64,000 nt of DNA from Candidatus Pacebacteria bacterium GW2011_GWA1_46_10 (lineage in GTDB: Bacteria > Patescibacteriota > Microgenomatia > UBA1400 > PJMF01): NCBI GenBank assembly GCA_001002135.1, contig LCLP01000003.1, forward strand, positions 41,198 to 105,197, in the 5' to 3' direction. The position numbers and the translations under genes are program-made. The number at the start of each line of letters is the position of its first letter. Within the stretch, counting starts at the first letter, position 1. Positions 56,843-64,000 of this stretch are shown here, in pieces. The notes under the pieces were generated by a model that saw only the letters and a list, made by a program, of their open reading frames with translations, ran no database searches and was not told the DNA's origin.

Positions 56843-57751
56843 ATGTATACCATCGCTGTCGCCGGCTCAACTCAACGCACCGCCAAGGTAGCACAAACAC
56901 TGCTGAACGATCCCCGATTCCAGGTTTCTTTAGTAGTCACCCCTTCACCAAAACCGGTGGGTCGCAAACAAGTCTTGACTCAAAACCCGCTCCACGAACT
57001 AGCGGAAAAGCACCAATTGCCGATTATTTTAGTCAAGGCAAAACTGGATAACGATATTCGCCAACAAATCAAACAAATTCACCAACCAACCCCATTTGAT
57101 TTTTTCTTGGTGGTCGATTTTGGTTTTCTTGTTCCCCAATGGTTGTTGAACCTGCCCACAATTGCTCCACTTAATATTCACCCTTCCGCGCTTCCCCGCT
57201 GGCGCGGCGCCTCACCCGGACAATACGTGCTCTTACACGGCGAAAAAGAGTCAGCGGTTACCTTGATGGTGATGAACGCAAAAATGGACACGGGCCCGAT
57301 CATCGCTCAACTGGAGTTTAAAGTCGAACCAACTTGGACCCAAACCGAATATTACCAACACAGTTTCGATTTGATCTGCAGCGGTTTGGGCGATCTTCTG
57401 GAGCAATTTGCCACAGGCAAACTCACTGCTCGCCCACAACCGGACACCTCGCCAACCCCACTGGCCGACCGACTGAATAAAGCGGAAGCTTTCCGCGACT
57501 GGCAAACTATCAAACAGGCCATGAACACAGGCCAGCAAGCCACCGAACTCGAACAAGCCTGTCGCGCTTACTCCCCCTGGCCAAAACTGTGGACAAAACT
57601 GCCCACCAAGCAAGGTGAACAGCGGATGATTATCCATCGCTGCCAGCTTAATCAAGCAGGCCAGCTCGAACTTTTAGAGGTACAATTGGCAGGCAAAACC
57701 AAGACCACTTGGCACGAAATTAAATCCGTCCTAAAAACGCACCATGACTAA
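56843..57751 (+). CDS. fmt: methionyl-tRNA formyltransferase
   Basis: PKPVGRKQ, NIHPSALPRWRGASP, MDTGPI, AYSPWP; follows def. Confidence 0.93.
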   Translation: MYTIAVAGSTQRTAKVAQTLLNDPRFQVSLVVTPSPKPVGRKQVLTQNPLHELAEKHQLPIILVKAKLDNDIRQQIKQIHQPTPFDFFLVVDFGFLVPQWLLNLPTIAPLNIHPSALPRWRGASPGQYVLLHGEKESAVTLMVMNAKMDTGPIIAQLEFKVEPTWTQTEYYQHSFDLICSGLGDLLEQFATGKLTARPQPDTSPTPLADRLNKAEAFRDWQTIKQAMNTGQQATELEQACRAYSPWPKLWTKLPTKQGEQRMIIHRCQLNQAGQLELLEVQLAGKTKTTWHEIKSVLKTHHD

Positions 57752-57831
57752 AAAGAGTAGGTCATTGACCTCTCAGTCATAAACTGCAAACGGCCTTTTC
57801 TTTGTCCTGATAAATAGGATAAGATTTAAGT

Positions 57832-59052
57832 ATGGAAAAATCTGATACTTGGCCACTAGCTCCTCAAGAACATAAACCTTGGGCCGGCCCTCCGAGCATT
57901 AAAAGAGCTATTAGAATGATCTTTAATAAAGGAGGTTATGATTTTTCACTGCCCGATCAACCAGGGCAACAGCAAAACACTCAACCGCTAGTTGATAAAA
58001 ATAAAAAACCCAAAGAACCTTCCATTAAGCCAGCAGAAACAATAGAGGTTGTTGGTGAAGAACGTCGTAATGAAGAACCACGGCTTGAAACATTGGTTGG
58101 CCTAGACCCAACCATCGAAAAACTTGGCGAAAAAGTTTTTTCGTACACTTACAGCGGTTTAGAACTTGTCAAGAAAGGCGCAACCAAGGGTTCTGTGCAC
58201 CTAGCCAGAATTGATCTCCCTTGGAATGGGAAGGCTCTCTTACTCGAGCGTACTTCCCCCAATCACGAGGCACAAGACTCGATTACGCTGGTGGTTGATT
58301 GGCAAAAACAAGTAGTAACCTGGGTCAGAGCTGACGGGGTAACTAAGATTAGACATACGAACCCTGATCAAGCCCGCAAAAATGACTCTGCCACCTTCGC
58401 CACTGCCTTGACCAAAAAAGTAGCTACCATTTACCCTCCAAGTGACAAAGACACCTTGGCGGATTGGGAGAAAGAGGAGCAAAAATGGCAAGCCGCTGCC
58501 ACACAGGGAATCCACAATCTTTCTCAAGTTTTCAACAACCGAGGGTTAGAAGCGGCGGCATCGGTTGACTGTGGGCTCTTAATGAAATATCAAAGCGAAG
58601 CGGGAAAATCGTACCGAATTAATAGCCTCCGCATCGGTTCGACGGCTAAAATCGACCAAAAAACCGGCCAGATGAAAACCGGTGATTACGGCGGTCGAGA
58701 AGTTTGGGTCCAAATAAACAATCAGTTCCAAAGAGTGCCCACTTGGCCAGTAGATCTCGAGAGAAACTTTGCCGGCTCTGTCGAGAATCAATCAGCAAAG
58801 GCCAGACAAAAAAGCGAAAGCTACTCTGCCGACAACGGACTGACTCTGACCAGCTTTACAGACGGCTTAAAACCCATTTCTCAAGGAGTGGAACAAGGAG
58901 TAATGGACCGACTGGTAACAATTTTCTCCGGTAATGATATCAGTGGCGAACTTAATAAGGTCGAACTGCAAAAACTCCTCGGGGATGGGCGGTATATTAA
59001 CAGTGCTGATGATGCTTCGCTGATCGCGATTAGTTTGCCGTCAGCCAGCTAA
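57832..59052 (+). CDS. hypothetical protein with PP2C/PPM-phosphatase-like C-terminal motifs
   Basis: QDSI, LTSFTDGL, DDASLIAI. Confidence 0.6.
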   Translation: MEKSDTWPLAPQEHKPWAGPPSIKRAIRMIFNKGGYDFSLPDQPGQQQNTQPLVDKNKKPKEPSIKPAETIEVVGEERRNEEPRLETLVGLDPTIEKLGEKVFSYTYSGLELVKKGATKGSVHLARIDLPWNGKALLLERTSPNHEAQDSITLVVDWQKQVVTWVRADGVTKIRHTNPDQARKNDSATFATALTKKVATIYPPSDKDTLADWEKEEQKWQAAATQGIHNLSQVFNNRGLEAAASVDCGLLMKYQSEAGKSYRINSLRIGSTAKIDQKTGQMKTGDYGGREVWVQINNQFQRVPTWPVDLERNFAGSVENQSAKARQKSESYSADNGLTLTSFTDGLKPISQGVEQGVMDRLVTIFSGNDISGELNKVELQKLLGDGRYINSADDASLIAISLPSAS

Positions 59053-59064
59053 AGCCCAGCAAAA

Positions 59065-59436
59065 TTACTGCTTAGCTTTTTTCCGAGTGGCTTTCTTTGG
59101 CGCCACTTTCTTTTCCACCTTTGCCTCAACCTTGGCTTTCGCCTCAGTCTTAGCTTTCTTTTCAACTGGTTGAGGCACTGGTTGAGCCACCGGTTGAACT
59201 ACAGGAGCCGCCTTTTTTCTCTGTTTCTCTTCGGGCTTGTAGTGTGTAGTCATACCTGACTTTTTCAGCATCCGTAAAATTTTAGTGGGCACACGCATCC
59301 GCTGCTTTTTGCCGTCAACCACGATTGTCACGGTATGTAAGTTGTATTTGAACGCGCGCTTTTTGCGATTCTTGGCGTGGGACACTGTGTGACCAATGTG
59401 TGAAACTTTGGGGAATTTATATGAGAAGCCTTTCAT
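59065..59436 (-). CDS. rpmB: 50S ribosomal protein L28 with a Pro/Lys/Ala-rich tail
   Basis: GHTVSHAKNRKKRAFKYNL..MRVPTKILRMLKK. Confidence 0.88.
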   Translation of the reverse strand: MKGFSYKFPKVSHIGHTVSHAKNRKKRAFKYNLHTVTIVVDGKKQRMRVPTKILRMLKKSGMTTHYKPEEKQRKKAAPVVQPVAQPVPQPVEKKAKTEAKAKVEAKVEKKVAPKKATRKKAKQ

Positions 59437-59518
59437 AGATAAGTGGGAATTGTAACATTTCCCCCTTTGTTGGGCAAACTACAGTTTAGCAACTGACTCA
59501 CGTTATAATGTGAGACAG

Positions 59519-60136
59519 ATGTTACAACTCTTAGCCACCAATCCATTGGCTTTCGTGATTATTTTCGGTGGCTTACTGCTCTCCGTCACCATCCACGAGT
59601 ACGCCCACTGCCTGATCACCGACAAACTGGGTGACCCCACTCCTAGGTCAAAAGGCCGACTGACACTCGATCCGCGAGCTCACCTCGATCCCCTTGGGAC
59701 CCTGATGATTCTCTTTGCCAATTTTGGCTGGGGCAAACCAGCGCCCTTTGACCCATACAACCTCAAAAACCCCGTTCGCGACACGGCGCTGATTGCGGCC
59801 GCCGGACCGGTGACAAACTTGGCCGCTGCCTTACTCTTGGCACTGCTTCTCAACCTTGGGTTAATCCCATTTCTTTGGCTGCAAGTGGCAGTGTTTCAAA
59901 TCATGGCCATCAACGTGATGCTGGCCGTTTTCAACTTAGTGCCGGTCTATCCCCTGGACGGCAGTAAAATTTTAACCGCGATCTTACCCAAAGAAACAGC
60001 CATGGAATATGAAGCCACCATGATGAGGTACGGCACCCTAATTCTTTTGTTCCTCATTTTTCCGTGGAACGGTATCTCGCCAGTTGCCAGACTACTTTCG
60101 CCGGTGATTAATATGGTGCTGACTTGGTTAATTTAG
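59519..60136 (+). CDS. site-2 protease (M50)
   Basis: HEYAH, GDPTP, AAAGP, FNLVPVYPLDG. Confidence 0.93.
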   Translation: MLQLLATNPLAFVIIFGGLLLSVTIHEYAHCLITDKLGDPTPRSKGRLTLDPRAHLDPLGTLMILFANFGWGKPAPFDPYNLKNPVRDTALIAAAGPVTNLAAALLLALLLNLGLIPFLWLQVAVFQIMAINVMLAVFNLVPVYPLDGSKILTAILPKETAMEYEATMMRYGTLILLFLIFPWNGISPVARLLSPVINMVLTWLI

Positions 60137-60249
60137 TTTTTTTTCTAAATTTTCCGCTTCAAATCAAACCTCCAACCTAAAAGTTACACTTTTTGTCAAA
60201 TTCCTACCGTACAATCAGTTTAAAGTAAAGCACATTGTTACTTGCAAAA

Positions 60250-60269
60250 TGTGACATATATGGAACAAT
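60250..60269 (+). promoter_or_regulatory. palindromic operator of the higBA-like locus
   Basis: TGTGACATATATGGAACA imperfect palindrome directly before the toxin ATG. Confidence 0.5.
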
Positions 60270-60581
60270 ATGAAGAAAATAATTCACTACGATCAAAAAG
60301 CAAAAAAGGAATTTTTAAAATTACCTAACAGCGTACAAAAATATTTTAATTTTGCTTTTGATGTTCTTAGAAAAACCGGCAAGTTGGATTTTCCATTAGG
60401 GAGAAGGTTGTAAAATAATCTATTTGAAGTAAGAGTTATAGGAACAACCCAGTGGAGAGCTATCTATGCATACCTGCCAAAAAATATAATCATCATCCTA
60501 ACTTTCTTTGCCAAGAAAACTCAGAAAACACCCAAAAGAGAGATTGAGCTGGCAATAAAGAGAAGAAGAAAGTATCTATGA
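60270..60581 (+). pseudogene. RelE/HigB (Gp49-like) toxin interrupted by an in-frame TAA at 60411-60413
   Basis: MKKIIHYDQKAKKEF..PLGRRL*NNLFEVRV..WRAIY..FAKKTQKTPKREIELA; ATGA-coupled to the antitoxin. Confidence 0.85.
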
Positions 60582-60901
60582 AAAACAAAACCAGAAACAA
60601 ACCACTCACTTTAGAGGAAAAACTTAAGAAATACGCAGTCCCTTTTGAAGATATGCTGGCTGAACTTTCTCCCAAGGAAAGAAAAGAAATTGATTCGCTT
60701 TCTAACTATTACATTGCTCTCATGGACATTTTTTCCCTAAGGAAAAATCTTAACCTCACTCAGGCGGAATTAGCCAAAAGGTCATCAGTCCCTCGTAGTA
60801 CTATTAGCAAAATAGAGTCCGGCGAGAGAAACGCCACCATTCATACATTGATGAAAATTGCTGCAGGTATGGGAAAAGAACTGAGAGTAACCCTAGTTTA
60901 A
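60578..60901 (+). CDS. XRE/HigA-type HTH antitoxin
   Basis: LRKNLNLTQAELAKRSSVPRSTISKIESGERNATIHTL. Confidence 0.9.
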   Translation: MKNKTRNKPLTLEEKLKKYAVPFEDMLAELSPKERKEIDSLSNYYIALMDIFSLRKNLNLTQAELAKRSSVPRSTISKIESGERNATIHTLMKIAAGMGKELRVTLV

Positions 60902-60912
60902 TCTAGTCGCTA

Positions 60913-62283
60913 CTATCCTCCCCAAAATGTCACCGTCACCAAAATCGCAAAGAAAGCAAATGCCAACAACATTAGGAGCTTGCGCAACCAGTGCGGTTGA
61001 TAGGCTTTGGGCAGATGCTTTTTATTAAGCCAATACAACAGTGGAAACGACACCATCATCGCCGCCGCGTTTAAGACCGCCGACAAAGTGAGTAGAAATC
61101 GTGGTTCCTGCCAACCGACTAAATAAATCACCACTCCCAAAGCAATTTGTAGCCATAAGGCCGTATAAAACCCAAAAGAAAGATTAGCTTTCCTTTGGTT
61201 ACTAAAAAACAGAAAAATATTTTCAGAGATAATTCTAGACGAGGATTCCAAAATCCCTAGGTGAGTGGAAAACAACATTGCTCCAGCTACAATCAAGAAA
61301 GTATTGCCAAAAAGCGCGTTTGAACGAGCGCCAATCATTTTGGCCTCTGTATAGAGAAATGCCAACCCCTCCCCTACCTCACCACCATAAACCAAGACCT
61401 TAGCCAACACTGCCAACACCACGATAGTCAGAAATCCCAACAGCCAAAACACCAGACCATGCTCAATGTTGACCAACCGCCACCACGCTCGCCACAACCG
61501 GCGGTTGTGAGCCGTATCGGCAAAACGCTCGCCAACCACGGTCACTCGAGCCGAACCAGCCGCAAACAACGATTTAATCTTAGTGGCGTACTGACCCATA
61601 CCAAACCCTTTTTCCTTGATGTAATAAGATTGAGCTAAGTTGAGGTTGCCACCACCCCCAGAATAGGCAAAAGCGCCCAAGAAAGCGGTCAGCGCGATGC
61701 CTGGTGGAAAAAACCACCAACCATTGCCCTGACCGATCAACCCCCACCCTAGTTCTTGCCACTCACCAACACCAGCTAACAAAATCACCAACAAGGCAAT
61801 AAAAGGGAGACTAAAAAAGATAATCGTTTTTTGCACTCCTTCCACTGTCTTATACAAAGTTTTCCCTAAGCTCAGTATTACTCCCACCAACAAGAGCAAG
61901 CCAATGGCGACCCATTTCTCTGGTAAAAACGGTAGGAAACTGACCGCGATTTGCGCCGCCGCCGAGGAAAAACCCGGCAAAGACCAAGGAATAAAAGTCG
62001 AAAAAATAAACCATAACGGAATCAGCCGCGTTAATTTCTTAAAGCCAACAAAGACACTTTCTCCCCAAGCCAAGGTATAGCGCATGGCCTCCGTATTCAG
62101 CACAAACTGGAGCGTAATCCCCAGTAGTCCACCCCACAAGAGCCCCAAACCATACTGTGCGGTCAAGTACGGCCATAAAATCAGCTCACCACTGCCCAGC
62201 GCCAAACCAAGCAAGATAAACGAAGGACCGAGGGTACGTACAATACTGGGAGGAGTCGGCAAGTTACGCGGCCGGTTGGGCAT
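60913..62283 (-). CDS. Nramp-like (YcsG-type) transporter
   Basis: LGPSFILLGLALGSGELILWP, RYTLAWGE, about 11 TM segments. Confidence 0.8.
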   Translation of the reverse strand: MPNRPRNLPTPPSIVRTLGPSFILLGLALGSGELILWPYLTAQYGLGLLWGGLLGITLQFVLNTEAMRYTLAWGESVFVGFKKLTRLIPLWFIFSTFIPWSLPGFSSAAAQIAVSFLPFLPEKWVAIGLLLLVGVILSLGKTLYKTVEGVQKTIIFFSLPFIALLVILLAGVGEWQELGWGLIGQGNGWWFFPPGIALTAFLGAFAYSGGGGNLNLAQSYYIKEKGFGMGQYATKIKSLFAAGSARVTVVGERFADTAHNRRLWRAWWRLVNIEHGLVFWLLGFLTIVVLAVLAKVLVYGGEVGEGLAFLYTEAKMIGARSNALFGNTFLIVAGAMLFSTHLGILESSSRIISENIFLFFSNQRKANLSFGFYTALWLQIALGVVIYLVGWQEPRFLLTLSAVLNAAAMMVSFPLLYWLNKKHLPKAYQPHWLRKLLMLLAFAFFAILVTVTFWGG

Positions 62284-62404
62284 AGCTCTTACTATACCGA
62301 TGATTGCAGGCGAAACCAAGTAAGATAAGCCGCTCAACTTTGTCAATGCGCCTTGGTGACTCATTGAGAATTAAAAAGTAATTTTGTAGTTTACTCCCCC
62401 GGCC

Positions 62405-63070
62405 ATGAAAATTCTGGTGGTCGGAGTGTCACCACTGCCCGCAATATTACAACAAGCGCTCACAAAGCGGTGCTTGATCACTACGTGTTCTCCAAAAGAC
62501 AACCTCCTTTCCATCATCGCCACCAAAGAATATGACTGTCTCCTCATCTGGTCGGAGCAAATATCGTATCTCACTTTGAAAAAAATCGTCAAACATCTTT
62601 TGGCTCGTTTCCCATCATTGAAAATACTCGTCTGCGGCCAAACCTACTCTTCACCAGCCAGAGCGATGATGTTGATGTTGGGAGTCAAAGACTGTATCGC
62701 CGGCAGAATCTGCCCTGACGAGCTAATCGCCAAACTCGCTCTTGTTTGCCAAAACGGTCAAGCCGAACAAAAAACTATTTTTACGAAAGAAGATTTTGCT
62801 TTTGATTTCACTCAAGACTTAGCTTCCTATCGCGGTGTTACTATCCCACTCAATAAAAAAGAGTCGCTGATTTTAGGAGCGCTGTTGCGCCGCCGCAACA
62901 GTGTGTTAACCAAACAACTGCTCTACAACTTGGTTTGGAGCAGCGCCAGTCCCCCTACTTCAAACAGTTTGGAAGTGTATATCAGCTCGCTGAGAAGGAA
63001 AGTCGAGAAACCGTTCGGCTTGAAATTAATCGAGTCGGTTAAAGGCGTTGGCTACCGAGTCAGAGATTAA
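62405..63070 (+). CDS. orphan OmpR-family regulator with a degenerate receiver domain
   Basis: Winged helix LNKKESLIL..SNSLEVYISSLRRK..IESVKGVGY. Confidence 0.85.
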   Translation: MKILVVGVSPLPAILQQALTKRCLITTCSPKDNLLSIIATKEYDCLLIWSEQISYLTLKKIVKHLLARFPSLKILVCGQTYSSPARAMMLMLGVKDCIAGRICPDELIAKLALVCQNGQAEQKTIFTKEDFAFDFTQDLASYRGVTIPLNKKESLILGALLRRRNSVLTKQLLYNLVWSSASPPTSNSLEVYISSLRRKVEKPFGLKLIESVKGVGYRVRD

Positions 63071-63089
63071 AACTGCTATACTTTTTCTC

Positions 63090-63867
63090 ATGTCTTGGCT
63101 GGTATACGCTTTCCTTGCGACTGCTATTTACTCTCTCCAAATAGTGCTCCAACGCGGCACGGCAGTCGAAAGTAGCAATCCCCGTGTGACCGCTTTTATT
63201 TTCAGTTCTTTTGCCATCCTCATCACTGCTTTGATCGTCATCACTAAAGGCACTTATCAGGCCGGCTTTCCCACTGACCCACTCGCTTGGTTGGTGCTCG
63301 CTTTTGGTGCTACTACCTACGGTCTTTTTGAGCGCCACCGGTTTAAAGCGGCCAAACTACTTGAGGTGTCGGTCTTTGATACCATTCTCAACTTCGGTGT
63401 GGTGATTGCTTTTTTCGGCGGCGCCATTTTGTACCATGAGCCACTAACTCTGGAAACTCTCAGTGGCGGCTTGTTGATTATTACTTCGCTTTTTATTGTT
63501 TCATATCAAAAAAAACAAGCGATTACTATCCCGCTCAAAAACATTATTTTTGGCGTTTTAGTCAGCACTGCTCTTGGTTTGGGTTGGCTGGTTGACAAAA
63601 TGGGCGCGACCTACTTCAACTCTGAGATGTACGGTTTATTAGTTTGGTTTTTCCCCTTACCGCTGATTGCTTATCCCTCGATCACGCTGAGAGATTTTAA
63701 AAATGAACCAAAAACAGTCTGGTGTGAGACACTGCTACTGGCTACCCTTAACGCACTGGCCTACTACGCCATGCTCGAAGCTTTGCGGCTCGCGGGAACG
63801 CAGTCGGATTCCACAGAAAATTTTAGCCAGTGTACTTGGGGTAATTGGGGTCTATCTATTAGTGTGA
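63090..63867 (+). pseudogene. EamA transporter with an internal deletion/frameshift near 63795
   Basis: ..EALRLA then the expected tail ERSRIPQKILASVLGVIGVYLLV* is in another frame; a TM helix appears to be missing. Confidence 0.7.
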
Positions 63868-64000
63868 GGTCGCGCTACCACTCTGCTCACTGGCACTACC
63901 GACTTCTTTGTCACTACCAGTTGTTTAGTACTCTCCACCTCTACCATTGTCATTAATACCTGCCGGCAAAGGTTCTGCTCCTGGCAACGCCCGATACTCA

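Overview
A 64 kb bacterial chromosomal window. The gene content, the many leaderless starts (a TAnnnT box 5-9 nt before the start codon) and the orphan small genes suggest a Patescibacteria/CPR (Microgenomates-like) genome using genetic code 11; this is an inference, not a database result. Most of the window is housekeeping: hisS, rpmE, prfA, ctpA, glmS, rpsF-ssb-rpsR, ychF, purB-purA-guaB, pyrH-like, glf, tgt, radC, cysS, raiA, recR, tmk, dut, thyA, nadE, nadD, topA, dprA, mreB-like/mreC/mreD-like/PBP2, def-fmt and rpmB. It also holds tRNA-Ala(CGC), TA modules and several broken genes. The most notable signals are non-coding. (1) Three dispersed homologous cassettes (about 5170-5640, 19073-19850 and 21596-22172, all on the minus strand) each run promoter, leaderless leader peptide, attenuator, conserved structured RNA, strong-SD small unrelated cargo ORF, terminator. 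In two copies the RNA carries a boxA-like motif and the terminator is complementary over 14 nt to the 5' element. (2) A His-His leader-peptide attenuator precedes hisS. (3) A variant glmS ribozyme has covarying P2.2 and two REP-like hairpins inserted in its core. (4) Several families of palindromic intergenic elements occur. No CRISPR array, rRNA, transposase, integrase or reverse transcriptase was seen.
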